NCBI GenBank assembly: GCA_951406725.2
Contig: OX597828.1
Span: 59,644,001 to 59,708,000, forward strand
Source: Octopus vulgaris
Taxonomy: Eukaryota
Length of the DNA: 64,000 nucleotides
Reading direction: 5' to 3'
The position numbers and the translations under genes are program-made. Positions 39,801-54,105 of this stretch are shown here, in pieces (the stretch's first letter is position 1; each line of letters opens with the position of its first letter). The notes below the pieces were generated by a model. That model was given only the letters and a program-made list of their open reading frames with translations, had not been told where the DNA came from and ran no database searches.

Positions 39801-41714
39801 ATCAATTACTATATAATGCATGACATGAGGAACAAAGGTTATAAACAGACGCACAATGCACACACACACACACACACACACACATAGGTATAGGTGTGGG
39901 CGAGCGTGTGAGCCTTTATATGTAATTGTGTCTATGCGCGCATGTGTGTGTATGTCCGCGTGTGTATGCATAATAATAGATAACGGCAAATAGTATATAT
40001 GGTTGTGATTAAATCTTATCAACTCCATAGATTTTATTCGTGTGATCTCATGTTTGTAATCTCGTTTGCATTTTTGAAGATATAAAGAACACAGATATAA
40101 AGGAACATTGAAATAATTTGCTATGCATTTTTAGGAAAAGAGTAGTATTAGCAATCTCCAGATACTTGAAAAATCTTGTCCAAACAGGGATGATCTGTTG
40201 ATGTCTTTGATCCAGTTACGTTTCATGAAGGATCTCAGAAGGATTCTAAACTCCACCTTTTAGCTTTAAAAATTCAGTTATACTGAAAAAATTTTAAATA
40301 TGGTCATCCTACATTTTCAAAACCTGTCACTAGTTATTATTGCTCCATTAGCGAATTTGGCAAGGCAATAAAATTACAATCAGTGTAATTATTTTAGCTA
40401 GTTTCTGTCTTCCAAAGCAAAGTGACCAAATTTGTTTTTAAAATGCATCACAGAAGAATGCATAGCTGAAATAATCTTTATGGTCATTTTACGAAGTTAA
40501 GTGATGCTTTAAGACTTTAACTGAACAATAGTTATCCATGTATGTTCCAGATGTCCAAACTCTTAATTTAACCGGTATTACTGCACCTCAATGCGCATTA
40601 ATTACACCTTGTTGTATTCTAAATCTGGATTTTGGTTTGTAAATATGTCATTAAAGCGCAAAGTGATTTAATGAAATTTCTATCAATAAATTAGCAGATG
40701 ATTTGTGTATGAGAAGGGCGATATTTGAATGAATCAATGGTTAAAGGAAGCGTGTAATTTAATCACTGAAGGCACAATTATAAATAACTTGCTTATTGAA
40801 TTAGGGACTGTACGGTTCAAATGATCACTGCATGTTGTTTAAATAACTCAACGAATGATTAAAACGTTAGTCTAATAGAAGAATTTAATGGATTGGGGAA
40901 ATGATAAAATGTCGTTGAATAAGTATTCTTGTGTAAAAGACTGAATTGAAAGCCAAGTAAATTGATGTAAAATTTGCTTAACATTGCACCTATTACATCT
41001 AAAAGTATTCACAAAATAATGAAAGGAAAACATATCAATGCAGAAAGGAGGGAAACGGAAAATACTGAGGATCAATAAATAGATGATTAAAAGATTCACA
41101 TGAAGTTTGGCAATTTATGAAGTTGTAAAATAGCGAAGTAATATTGTATGTGAAATACACAGAAGTGTCAGAAGGATAAAGGCATCCTCAGAAAAATGAA
41201 CTCAGAACAAATACAAAGAACAATATACCGAGATGAACTATGAAGCATTTCTATACGGAGTGAACCACGCGATTATTGAAATAAATATAGTTCCCATTAG
41301 ACATGCGATTCAGGAGTAGACACACTTACGAGATGCCTTCTCTAAGTTTTGAGACTTTTGTTAGGCGAGGTGGTTATAACTGTTCTGCACTATTGCAATT
41401 TTAGTATATCATTACTATGCGTGTTATAAGCTAACCTGTCAAATTTTATTCTCTTCAGACTGATGAAGACGGCTATAACAGCTCTTTCAATACTACCTAA
41501 TAAACACGGTTTGCCAGAGCTGACTAGTATGTAGAATGCTTTCAAGATGTGAAGGCAATTAAGAATCTTACTATACAATAATGTTTTGTGCTTGAATCGG
41601 TATAAAATGCTTCATAAACTTATGAAATGGTTCAGGCTGCTTATTGATTGACATATATGAGACAAGCATCTATTTTTCGCTAGCACAAGACACCAGGCAA
41701 AGCATGTCCACCGG

Positions 41715-42140
41715 GAAGCGCACGATGATTCACTTTTTCAACACCAAAGGCATCATCTACATCTACTAGATTCCCTCAGGTGAGACAAAGTATTTTGTGA
41801 AAGTTTTCAGAGAGTTCAGGAAGAGATTTCCTCGCAAAAGGCCGCGGTACTTGCACCAAGTCAATGCACTAGTCGAAACTTCCATCCTGGTAATCAACTC
41901 CTTGATATAGATGGGCATCAACCTACCCCTCAACTTTCATACAGCCCAGACCTTGCTTCCTTTGACTTTTGGCTGTGTCCAAGCTAAAAGAGAAGGCGCA
42001 GGTGGCTGTAACAGAGGTTCTGGGCACTTCGAGAACTTCCATGAGGCCTTCACGAATTGGTAAGAATGCGACAAGTGCTAGTTTTGTATTTCTTGAATAT
42101 TAATAAATATCTCTCTTTGAAAAAGCCTCAAAACTTCTGG
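41715..42140 (+). mobile_element. Decayed mariner transposase 3' part
   Basis: tacagcccagaccttgcttcctttgacttt translates to YSPDLASFDF (mariner YSPDLAP motif); upstream FFNTKGII. Confidence 0.7.
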
Positions 42141-44729
42141 AATGCAAATTGTTTCTAATAAATAATACTTGTTCTTGTAGAACCCTGCAACTGTTTTCGA
42201 TTGAGAGAATATCAACTCGCCTATAGATGTCTTGTTTTTTGCCCAAATGTTTATACAGATAATAAGCCAGTATCTTTACATTAGAATAACAATTAAGTTC
42301 AAAATTAGATGTGTGTGACATAGACTTCACAACCTCCATAGAATTACTTGTATTGTTTATATATATCATCCGGCCGGCACATTATCAGAAGGTAGACTAT
42401 AACATTGAATGCATATTCACTTCTTTCGTTTCGCAAAATCATAGACTCTTCACAATAAACCTGCCTCTATTTTACATCCAGACCTTACGGCATATTGTAC
42501 CATATTGTAACTGGAATTTTGAGCTAATCTCTAGCTATATAAATAAAAGGTTATGTTCGTTAAAATATTGTTAAAATATAGTATAGCAAGTAATCACCTA
42601 TGTGATTATTTTTCGTCTCACCTAAGTGTTTATAAAACTATTTGTATGCAGTTAGAATTTAAAACTATTGAATAAATGTAAAGTTATAATTTATTCGGTT
42701 ATTTTATACAGAAATTCCGACAGTTTTGAATAAAGTTCTGATACACAAGTTGTTTAATCTATAAAAATTAAAAACATAACAAACCTTTTTCTTTACTTAA
42801 AAAACACCATCGATTACATAATGAGTGGAGGAAAGACAAAGTCGATCTCGGCGGAATTTGAACTCAGAACGTTAAGACGGAAACAACCTTGTGATGTTTT
42901 TGATCATTAATTTCTAGTCTTTTCCCTATTTATAATGACTTTATTTTCTTATTCAATACAGAAATATCCCTTCATTATACTGAAACGTTTGCCGCCCATT
43001 CGTGTATTCCTATCTAATAAAGTTACTGGGGCTTCATATCGTCAACGTAGAATATATTTCTTGATGCTTTTGTTATCATCTCAATCTTTTTTGTAGAAAC
43101 TTCTAGATGCATTAATATAACATGTATCTTATTCATATTAATATAATATAATAGCTGCGAACATACAATATATATAAAGGGTTTTAACAAATTGAAACTG
43201 CCATTGAATGTCAGGTTTCTGGTTTTACTACGCATAAGGCATTTAATCATTTTGAAATTTTGCAACAGAAGACTAAATACATGTCAAGCATTCAGTTATA
43301 TTTTAAAATATTATTCAAACCTCGCACAATTGTATATATTGCAGTATAAGGCATTCGACTGAAACATTAAGTTTGAATTTAAAGCCATTACTTATTTATG
43401 AATTCTCGTTGTTTAAGTTCGATCTTCTTAGGATACGGATGTAAATTTAATATTTGAAAATCAACATCATTTTAATCTAATACTGTTTCAAATAGGCTTT
43501 TAAAATTTAGACCTACCCGACAAATCATCCTCGCAAATCGGCGAACACTTCATTTGCAGATTTTTGCATTGCATTGAATATTGTTGGCATTATCTCAAAC
43601 TGTCCTGGTGGATCGCCACCCAAGCAATCAAATGTGGTTGAAACACCGTTTCCGACAATTTGGAAACAAAATTGTGAGCGACAAAATATGTGTGTGTGAA
43701 TGGGTGGATGCTTATGTGTACATATTCATACATAAAATCCACTACACGCCATCTTGTGTGTATTAGTATATGAAAATATCTAAAGTCAGAATGATAAATA
43801 CACACAGTCACACAACAAATCCTCTGTTAGGAAGTAAAATTGAACTAATTACGGAATGAATATTATTCTATAACACTCAGTGTTATACCGCCTTAACCTT
43901 AGTGATACGTCTGATTTTTATATTTCAATATTAATGATACTCATGTCTGATTTTATGTAGTTAGTTAATATAATTGGTATTAATTGGTATTAAGTTCAGT
44001 ATGCTGCCATTACATGTAATCTATTGTTATTCAATAGGGAAAATTCAGTTCTAAAATTATTAACTATTTGGTAGAGAATCTAATTCAAGATGTTCCAATA
44101 TCTTTTTCTATCAATATTGTTGTCAATGTGATTGTGGTTTTCAGTTTCTCTGGGTGCCAAAAAATAAAAAAAAATAATAAAAATAATATTTTCATATTTT
44201 CCAGTTCTGATTCTTTTTTTAATGTTGCGTTTCATTCTCACTGAAAGTGAATTTTCATGTTTCTAAATTTGATATTCAATGATTACGAAAAAAGTCATTT
44301 TGAAATGGTTGTAGAAGCTTGTTTAGAGGTAGGCGTTTCAAATCGATTTTTAAACAATTTCTTTATTTCTTCATTTCTTCAGAGAACAATTTGTGCTAAC
44401 GTAGATATGTGTAGGATATATTATTGGTGCATGTGTTCACGTTCTGATTTCAAATTTCGCCGAGGTCGACTTAGCCTTTCATTCTTTTCGGATATTGGGA
44501 TCGATGTAATCGACATACCCTCTCTTCCTGACTTGCTGGCCTTGGGTCAAAATTTGAAATCATTTGTGTATGTATGGAGGAATGTATTCACATAAATCTA
44601 AAAATATCGTACACGAACATACCAGTCGTCTTGTGTGCATAGGTGCTGGCTTTGCAACCACGTGGTTTCGGATGCTATGTGAGTGAATTTAGTACACAAA
44701 AACGTGTGGAAGCCCGTCATATATATACA

Positions 44730-45345
44730 TACGTTGTCTGATCAATAACTATCCGGACTGTTGCCATAGTAATGAAGCTAAAGCGCGCAGAGTAAAGCCG
44801 CTTGACACAAATTGAACTTAGACGCTGTTGTGCATGCGCACTAAGTTTTAACATTCTTGCTGAGGTCCGCTGTATGCAGCAGTGCTCGGAATGAATGTGT
44901 GTAGCGTGTGATCGTGGCATTGACCATTACAGAGAAGGTTGAGCTGAGAATCTGCATCAAATGTTGCCAAAAGCTTGGCGATTCCTGCTCAGAGGCCTAC
45001 GCAAATTTTTCAAAAAGTTTTCATCGTTTTCGACACAATCAAAGAGATCTTATGAAACGGAAAGCCGAGTGTCCTTTTGGTCAGCTGAAAGCAGTTTTGG
45101 CACAAACTTGCCAGACACGCATCTCATGCTCAAAACTTCAGTGATAACGGACTGAACTGAACCGTAACTTATCTGCATATCCTCTGATAACTCACGGATG
45201 GTGATTAGATGATTTCCCCTCACAGCTGCACACACATCTGCAATATTTTTCTCAGTTCTGTTGGTTGCGGGCCTCCCAGAACGTTCGTCACTATCGTCAT
45301 TTTCTTCGAAACGTCTGAATCACTCTTACACTTGCGTGCAGCTCA
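44730..45345. mobile_element. mariner remnant with internal inversion
   Basis: Plus strand ELRICIKCCQKLGDSCSEAYA (44940-45005). The following part is on the minus strand: WFRRF...DERSGRP...ITIRELSE..ISYGSVQSVI.EVL.M..V..KFVPKLL. Confidence 0.75.
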
Positions 45346-46401
45346 TAAACAACCCGGAAAAGTGGGTGTTGTTTCCAGTTCCCGTTCCCATTTCTGTTTC
45401 ATGTCCTATCCCGTTCCCTGTTCAGTTCCCATTTTTGTTCCGCTCCCAACCCTATGTCAATATATTAATAAATTTTAGAATCAGTAAGGTGAAATTAAAC
45501 CGTTAAATATTTCATTAACCTTTATGGTAATAGTTTATTACTAAAAATAAATATTACAAAACTATTAATACGATTAGTGGGTAAATAAGAAATGTTCCTA
45601 TATCATTTTAACAAACGAATATGCATCTGAGTAAAATAAATGAGTTCAACGGTAATACCGGGAAAGCGGGGGCTATTCGCAATTTCCGTTTACCATTACA
45701 GTTTTTCATCTCATATCCCGTATACTTTTTAGTTCTCGTCTTTACGCCCAACTGTCGGTTATGGTAATAGTTTATTGCTAAAAATAGGTATTATTTAATC
45801 AATTATTTCGATTAGTGGGTGAATAAGGCATCTCCCTATATAATTTTAACAAATTAATATGCATCTGAGTAAAATAAATTAGATAAATAGATAGATTTAC
45901 AAATATATTGACAAATAGTCCGCGTATTGTAGCTTATCGTAGCGTCGCCGTACCTCGCGTTGCCCGATAAAAATGATTAAGATGTTATGGTGATTTAGAT
46001 TTAATTGATCAAGTTGATCTTATGTTGAACCAACTTCCAGATCATTAATCATTACGTTTCTCTATGTCCTATCCACGAATCCTGCGGTCGACCGTGTCCT
46101 TAATATAACCTTGGCGTGATGTACGGGCGCTGCATGAAGAATTGTTTTCCTTTTGGAAAGCTGAGTTGTCTTCACAAAGGTCGCATATTGTTTACATGAA
46201 GGAGTACATCGTTTAGCCTTACAGAAGCCTTAGGGATCCCATTATAGATCTTTATTGAAATCCAATTAGTCTTTAATTCAATTGGATGTTAGTTTAAACA
46301 TGTATGCAAAAGCTACGTCAAGATTGGTTCACTAACAGCAAGATGGTAACAGACAGACAGAGAGACATCAAACAGACAGAAATTTCCATTTATGTATTAG
46401 A
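45345..46401 (-). mobile_element. Putative Helitron-type element with internal direct repeats
   Basis: The minus strand begins A|TCtaatacataaatgg followed by (tgtc)n, with repeats at 45523-45640 and 45760-45880. The 3' CTAG is not intact. Confidence 0.45.
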
Positions 46402-47068
46402 TATGTATATCAAAGTGAGAATAGATTCAATTCGCACTTGGCAAAGCTCTTTTTAAATTTTGCCTGTTACGATATTTTGTATGTTCCTCTCTATGTATCT
46501 TCTTGAAACGACATTATAAAGTCATGCAGAAAAAAATCAGTGTTTGAAAAACAAATGAAGATACGTGTATACAGTTTTCAAACTCAATGTTTGAAGTAGA
46601 ATAACAGTCTCGAAAGCAATTATTAAGAAAACATTATAATTCTGTTAAACTTCGCCAAGAGATTATTTGTACTCATCCTAAGCAAAAACAGAAAAGAATA
46701 TGATATAACTAAAAGTAACCCACTAGAATTATCGAAATTCTAGTGCGTTAAATCCAAAATATTGCGTTCAGTTTCGAGCGAAAATATAGCATGTATGTAT
46801 GTGTATGTATACGTTTACGCGAGTCTCTTTTCAGACACGTTCATGTAAAGGACGCGGGAAAAAGTAAAACAGATTGTGAATAAGTTCTGTGAAACAATTA
46901 TTTTGCAATTAGCTAGAAGTAGCCCTTTGTCAGCTTCTTGCCATCAAGCAGCTGTTAAAATACATCCAAAATTGACCACCTCAACGGTAATCGAATTATG
47001 TTTATAAAATTACAACGGTCCTACCTTGTGCATTTGACATTATGTGATATTCACACATGTTGTGCATC

Positions 47069-47165
<97 letters not shown>

Positions 47166-47336
47166 TTATATGTATGTATGTATATGTATGTATGAACACC
47201 TCTGATAATTACTTTTATTGGCACACATAGTAAAATTCGAGAGTGCTATCTTATCTATTATCTATATGATTATGTAGTTCTGCAGCACATAACCTTGTAC
47301 TTGAATAATCAATTGTTTTCATCATAATATATTTGC

Positions 47337-47395
<59 letters not shown>

Positions 47396-47644
47396 CATAC
47401 AATTATTCTTACAATACCTAAAACGATCATTCAAGTCAAGGCATTTTCAGGTTTCTGTTATCTGTTCTATTTTCTTTTTACTTTGACGTGATATTAAGCT
47501 CACATTGTCCTAACCTAAAGATTCGTTAGTCTCTGTAGAGAAAAATAAAAATAAAAAAACAATCATTCTTTTAGTAATTCTTGTTGCATTAAGTAAACTA
47601 CAATACAATAATTGCAAAAAATTATTCAGCAGAATCATCGATAT

Positions 47645-48085
47645 TCCACTGGTGTGTGGGAAGAAGTATATTTCTCAACCGCGTTCAGTCCCACCGCGTG
47701 CCACCTTTGGCAAGTGTCTAGTGCTATAGCCTCGAGCCGACCAAAACCTTATGAGTAGATTTGGTTGATGGAAACTGAAAGAAGCCTGTCGTATATACAT
47801 ACGCGCACACACACTTACACACTCACATACATTGTACGTTTGTGTGTGTGCGAGTGTGTGTGTGTGAGTATGTGTGTGAGTGAATGTGAGTGTGTTGCCT
47901 TTTTGTTTCTGTATTTCTCCACCACCACCGCTTCACAACCAGTATCGATTGTGTTTACCTTCCCATAGCCTAGCAGTTCGGCAAAACAAACCGATACATC
48001 AAGCCCCAGACGTTTAAAAGTTAATACTGAGGTTGATTTGTTCGACTAAAATTCTTCAAAGCGGTGTTTCAGCATTGCCGCAGTC

Positions 48086-48090
<5 letters not shown>
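47645..48090 (+). mobile_element. SINE, near-complete diverged copy
   Basis: B-box-like gcgttcagtccc plus blocks shared with 7140-7420. Confidence 0.72.
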
Positions 48091-48129
<39 letters not shown>

Positions 48130-48198
48130 GTGTGTGTAGTTTACAATATCGATATGGTAAAAGTACTCCATACCTGATATGAATGTATATATACATAA

Positions 48199-48525
48199 GG
48201 GATCTTTTCACTTTGACCAGCAGATTTAAAAAATAATTTTTTGTAACTTTTAAACTTCGTTGACAAACGAAATATATACGGCCGGAACTTCATGTTGACA
48301 AACAACAGCAGTAACTGTATTCACCTCAATAGACATCATTGATTGGTTGAAATTGCCGCAATACAAGAAATTTAACAATAAATAGCTTACAAACTACAGA
48401 ATTTACTCAAGAACGCCAATAGAAAAAATGTTTTATGTAACACATTCTACCAATATACGAAGTTTAAAAGTGTTTAGTTACAAAAAATTATTTTTTAAAT
48501 CTACCGGTCAAAGTGAAAAGATCCC
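48199..48525. mobile_element. MITE with ~50-bp terminal inverted repeats
   Basis: gggatcttttcactttgacc / ggtcaaagtgaaaagatccc, extending to tttttgtaact / agttacaaaaa. Confidence 0.85.
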
Positions 48526-48974
48526 CTGAATCTTCTTTAGATTTTTATATTTATCTGAAACAAACCTTAAGTGAACTTAACTTAGAATGTAAAATTATTT
48601 TTAATGTTGTCTCACGTTTACGCAATTCCTAAGATCACGAATATAGATTGTTTGGGGCCCAATTTTATAAAAATATCAAAATATAAAATATAAAAATATA
48701 TGAAAAAATAGATAGCATTTTATGAAAAAAACTAACTGTTTTTGGAATTCTACTTACTATAAAGCAAATGTTCGATGCATAGAGAGAATATCAGTATCGG
48801 ATTGCACGATGACTATTAATTCAATTTCTATATAGTTACCACAATTACAAGAAGTTGTTGTGTGTATGTGTCTGTGTGTACGTGTGAGCAAGCGAGTGAG
48901 TGGACAAACGAAAGTAAAGATACGCAACGCATTTGGTAGGAATTACATATATTATCATTTAAAAGAGTTTGATT

Positions 48975-49200
48975 CGGCTCAATGCTTCTAACAGAAACCT
49001 GGCTCGTTCAGCCTCAGATTACCGAATGGAGGAACACAGGGAACGAAGATGGTTACTGGAACTGCAGGGCGCTGCAGGGAAATGGGCTGCTATTATTGAT
49101 CAAAGCGAATCACACAGCGTTGCTAGAGGTCGGCATTTCAGAGACACCGAATGCCTTAGAAAGGAGAAAAAATAGAAGGCGTTTGTGGCGCCTTGTTGAC
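48975..49200 (+). pseudogene. Possible decayed APE endonuclease fragment of a LINE
   Basis: MLLTETWL...GNGLLLLIK resembles APE motifs II-III; the match is short. Confidence 0.35.
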
Positions 49201-49808
49201 AGGGAACCAAAGAGAAGTAAGGCCTGGTATAGTCATTCATATACCAGGTATATCAATGCGTGAATGCGGGTGCGTTATTGATTGTATGAGTGCGTGAATG
49301 CGGGTGTGATATTGATTTATGTGTGTGTGTACATATAACTCTGTGTGTGTATGCGTGTGAATGTATATACGTTAGTGTCTCCAATATGCGCGTGCCTGTG
49401 TTTTTATCTGATATGTATCGTTAATGTACTACTTCTCTCTAATGAATCGTTATTTGCCTCATTTACATACTCGCATATCTTCAGTAACTACAAATCCGAT
49501 AAGCTGTAACTAATGTTAAAACACGTAAACGAATATTAGTATGCAGTAGTAATTGCATATAACTGGATTTGCTTTTCACGATATTATATGATATTTTCCC
49601 ACTATAGTATTAGTTTTTGTGACTTACTGTTTTTAATAAGTCTCACTGTATTTCATCTATCGATAACTAAACAACCTTGCTTCCTCTCTTTGCCTTTTTC
49701 TATCGTTCTTTCTTTCTGCTGACATTTTTTCTGATAGAGGTGAAATAATATTTTGGAATACTGATAATTTTTTATTGTTGTGTGCCCTCGAATTTGCTCT
49801 GTATACAT

Positions 49809-50147
49809 CAGTGGTTCTCAATCGGGGCCCAAATGGCCATTATCGGGTGTCGACACATCAAACTAGTAAAATGGGGATACACAATAGTACTCTAAAGGGC
49901 CTCTGAAAAACATTTTACTGTAGATGTATATATTGGTTTGTATTGCAAGAAACAGCTTGGTTTCTTTCTTTAACATTTTACATTGTTCAACTTACGACAA
50001 GTTAATGTGTGAAAAATACAACAGGGATTTTGAAAGAAGTTTCTATATAACTAGTTTCCAACACTGAATAGCTAGGGGGCGGGGTGGCCACCAGAATAAA
50101 ATAGTAATCAAAGATGTCCATGTATACAAAATGGTTAAGAACCCCTG
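49809..50147. mobile_element. hAT-type MITE
   Basis: Termini cagtggttctcaa / ttaagaacccctg; the 8-bp flanks match only partly. Confidence 0.65.
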
Positions 50148-50269
50148 AAGTAGATCAAATGTCTTTCAGCCGTATATATGTGTGTGTGTAAATATATATA
50201 TATATATGGGGGAGCTGGGGATGCACCCGCACGAGTGTGTGTCTATTTATATAAGTTATGTATAATATA

Positions 50270-51249
50270 CAGGGGTTGGAGAAATATAATGGAAATACCT
50301 TAAAATTTCAAACACATTTATTTTAATATGGGGTAGGACCGCCTTTGGCAGTAATTATAGCTTGAATTCTACGAGGTATGGACTCGTACAAAGTTTGAAT
50401 TGTTTCCAAAGGAATTTTTAGCCATTCTCCAACTAAAACAGTCTCTAGTTCCTGTAGTGATCATGGTGGAGGATATCGACTCCCTACTTGTTTTTCTAAA
50501 ATGCACCATAAATGTTCAACAATATTGAGATCTGGGGACTGTGGTAGCCAGATAAGATATTCAACTTCACTAGAATGTTCCTCGTGCCATTCAGTAACAA
50601 CTTTAGCTGTGTGACTTGGTGCATTATCTTCCTGAAAGATTGCGTTTCCCTCCGGAAACAGTTCAGCTACAACAGGATGAATTTGATCAGATAAAATTCT
50701 TAAATAGTCTTGATTATTAATTTGCCACGAAGAGAAACCATTGGGCTAGCGGATTTCCAAGATATAGCCCCCCCCCCCCACCAAATCATCATAGATCATT
50801 CTCCATGTTTAACAGTTGGGAGAAGGCAGTCTGGGTCAAATGCTTCTTTTTGCGTAAGAGTCAGACTATCCCTATCTGAAAGGTTTAATATTCTTCCGGA
50901 GTTTTGTTTCGACGAGGAGGTTTTTCCCTTCTTTCTCAAAGTCTGTAATTACTTTCGGGACAGTACTTCTTGATACACCAAGGACTTCGGCTATTTTCGT
51001 TACCCTAGCGCCTGCTATACGAGCACCAACAATTTGACCTCTTTGAAAGTCAGATAAATCTGTCATTTTAACGAATTTTAATTACCTTTTTCTGATGATA
51101 CCTGAAAAGAAACAACAATTTTCGCAAAATATATTAAGCAACACTAATAATAAATAAAAAAAAACATAAAATTAAACAAGCTTTTGACAGTTTTATACAT
51201 ATTTTAAAATTATGATGCTAGTTATTTCTATTATTTTGTCCAACCCCTG
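50270..51249 (-). mobile_element. Internally deleted Tc1-like transposon
   Basis: TA|caggggttgga...tccaacccctg|TA. Minus strand MTDLSDFQRGQIVGAR...IAEVLGVSRSTV and FQEDNAPSH...W.PQSPDLNIVEHLW. Confidence 0.88.
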
Positions 51250-51537
51250 TATATGTATATACGCGTATACCTACAGGGTGTTTCGTTGAGTTGATAACCA
51301 TAAGCAGCATAGCTGCGTGTCGAATAAGTTCCCTTTTAAGAGGCATGTTTCCTGATTCCATTTCACGTTGTGTAACCAGATTTGGTTGACAGAAATTAAG
51401 AGAGCGCTATCATACAAAACTCATACACAAACACCCGCACACATAATATTTGTGAATATACTATTAATATGTATATATATATATATATATATTTATATAT
51501 GCATGTATGTATGTACAAGTATGTATATATATATATA

Positions 51538-52707
51538 TCTCTTATTATAAAAGGCAGATTTTATCTGCCTCCCTTTGGGAGTTATACAAATCTACAATAT
51601 AGGATTTCTTCAATTACAATTTACCTACCATTTTTAAGAGTAGAATGCATCGCGTCATGCCAGGTCCAGTTTTTAAAATTTAAACTCCAATTAAGCAAAA
51701 TTTACAGAAAACTCACATTCTGGTGTGTGTGTCAAATGCTTTTCTTAGTCTGGTTTACACCACACGCAAATGCACACACACAGTGGGCAACGAATAAAAT
51801 GAAAGTAAATAGCGACAGAGTGATTTGAGGAACACTAAACTGAAAGTATTTAAACCACTACTCAAAAAATAAAAAAACACAGCAAACAGAAACAAATAAA
51901 TACATAACCATTTACTCCTCACACAATTTCTTGAATTAGAATTTACCTAAGATTTTTCAGAGTACTTCAGTGGGTGATGCCATAAAAAATTTCTTTCAAT
52001 TTTACCACCAATTAAGACAAAATTCGAGAAAACTCAATATTTTAACATATCACTCCGAAAGCATTGATGTACATGTGTGCGTGCGTGAGTGTGTGTGTGT
52101 CATTCCTCACACACACGCATACACATACATATACAACTACATACAACTACATACACATACAACTACATACAAACACGTGTGTGTTTGTTATTAGTAAAAA
52201 AGGCGCCAAAACTCAACTCACTTATCATTCCAACACATTTTCAAAGACACACGGACGGACAGAAAAGGTAAATTGGTTTTTATTTTACTCTGTATATATT
52301 TTATTATATAATATTATATATAGATATATGTATATATAATTGCAGTATGAAACAGTGTTTATGTATAAACAGACGACACTTATATATAGTTACCAAGCCG
52401 CCCGAATTTACCTATTCATATTTAAATGAGAATATCAGAGCAAATCTCTTTAGTACATTCGTGAAAATACGTATTATACTTCGTAAACACTTCAACTACA
52501 GTTTTGCACAAAAATCGAAGTGTAATTTTAATTCCGTGAATTATGGGAGATTTTTTTCCGAAATTTGTTCCTATTGTGTTTTCAAAATTTGTAATTCTGA
52601 CAAAAAATGGATACGAATTTCATTATATCAAGCAGCGAGTCAGAATTCGAAGGATTTTCTACTGAAGACCTTCATAAATCTAACTCTATGACTGAAAAAA
52701 AAAAGCA
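51538..52707 (+). mobile_element. Putative Helitron 5' portion joined to the downstream Helitron
   Basis: Begins A|TCtcttattataaaagg within a (TA)-rich minisatellite whose unit gcatgtatgtatgtacaagtatg recurs after 53103. Confidence 0.45.
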
Positions 52708-53102
52708 TCTTTATATAAGAGTGAAGTTGTGTGTCTGTCTCCTACGATTTAGATTCCTAACTACTCCCACATTTTGCGGTGCAGTTTAACCAAAAGCGGG
52801 TATCTTATAGTCGTGATTCATATCGAGCCCTTCTGGATATTAGCGTGCGTCTACGATGAGTCTACGATTTAAAAAAATTTACCATCATATTTTTCCATTT
52901 TAATGCATTTTTTCCCTTTTATATAAGGGAAGTAACTCTCTAAAAATATCTACGATGTGTCAACGATTTAAAAAAAAATTTACCTTAATTTTTTTTTCAA
53001 TTTTTAATGCATTTTTTTTGCTATTTTTTGGCTATAACTCTCTAAAAATGCTTACATAGTTATTTCCCTTACAAACCCGAGCAACGCCGGGCGATACTGC
53101 TA

Positions 53103-53103
<1 letters not shown>
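52708..53103 (+). mobile_element. Non-autonomous Helitron-type element
   Basis: A|TCtttatata...cccgagcaacgccggg cgatactgCTAG|T. Confidence 0.8.
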
Positions 53104-53139
<36 letters not shown>

Positions 53140-53211
53140 TGCATGTATGTATGTACAAGTATGTATATATATATATATATATATATATGCATGCATGTAT
53201 GTATGTACAAG

Positions 53212-53257
<46 letters not shown>

Positions 53258-53261
<4 letters not shown>

Positions 53262-53381
53262 TAATTAAGGATGCTACAAGTGGCACCAGCACGCTAAAAA
53301 TAGCACCCAGGAGACGACTGCAACCAGAAATTTTCACTGACACATATCCATTGAGCTCGGTTCCACTTAATTTTATTGTAG

Positions 53382-53390
<9 letters not shown>
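53258..53390 (-). mobile_element. Short insert in (TA)n carrying the shared CTA-TTTT-TAG/hairpin motif and CCTTAATTA terminus
   Basis: Minus strand tttctggttgc...ctgggtg-CTATTTTTAG-cgtgct-ggtgccac(tt)gtagcatc-cttaattattaa. Confidence 0.55.
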
Positions 53391-53423
<33 letters not shown>

Positions 53424-53970
53424 GGTCAATTCAAGTGAATAAACTTAATGGGCAAAAAGAGGACGTGCACAAGGAACCTATTAGGTTGACTTTATTTGTA
53501 GTTACGGTGACATGCGAATGTTCCAACATTCACTTGCGTCAGAAATTAATTAGCACTTCTCAAATTTCTACATTAAATAGGTTAAATCAATTAACCTATG
53601 AGCTGTTCAAAACGTCTTACGCGATGAGAAAACTTAGTATGGTGTGATTTCGGTCCTTGCGAGGCGCTACCTATATCTATTAAACAAAGGAATTTGTCTG
53701 CATCCGCACTCCAAGTTGTTGTTGCACTGCTATGTCAACATCATAAGGCTGTAGACTCTCAAACTGCTCTGCAAACAAAGTTATGTCATCGTTCTGCGCA
53801 ACAGTGAACTCACAACAAAGCAATAGTTCGAGATATGGCCACTAGGTGACAGCACATACCTTGAGTGAAGAGCAAATCAAGGGTGCTAATTAATTTCTGA
53901 CGGTAGTGTATCTGAAATCAACTACGCTATCTTCGTGGCAAAGAAGATTACTTCTAATCTGTTCTAGGAT

Positions 53971-54105
53971 GTCTGCGCGAGCCGTCTGCGCGAGCCATCT
54001 GCACGAGCCATCTGCATAAGTCGTCTGCGCGAGCCGTCTGCACGAGCCGTCTGCGCGAGCCGTCTGCGTGAGTCGTCTGCGTGAGTCGTCTGCACGGGCT
54101 GTCTG
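53971..54105. repeat. GC-rich 13-bp minisatellite (GTCTGCGCGAGCC)~10
   Basis: Directly visible tandem units with mostly CpG-type variants. Confidence 0.9.

Noticed and set aside
41455-41495. CTGATGA followed by a weak stem
   Set aside because: The GAAA core strand is absent.
51090-51120. CTGATGA-tacct-GAAA inside the Tc1 element
   Set aside because: No stem II or stem I pairing; a chance match.
53971-54105. CRISPR-like array
   Set aside because: Contiguous tandem units without unique spacers, in a eukaryotic context.
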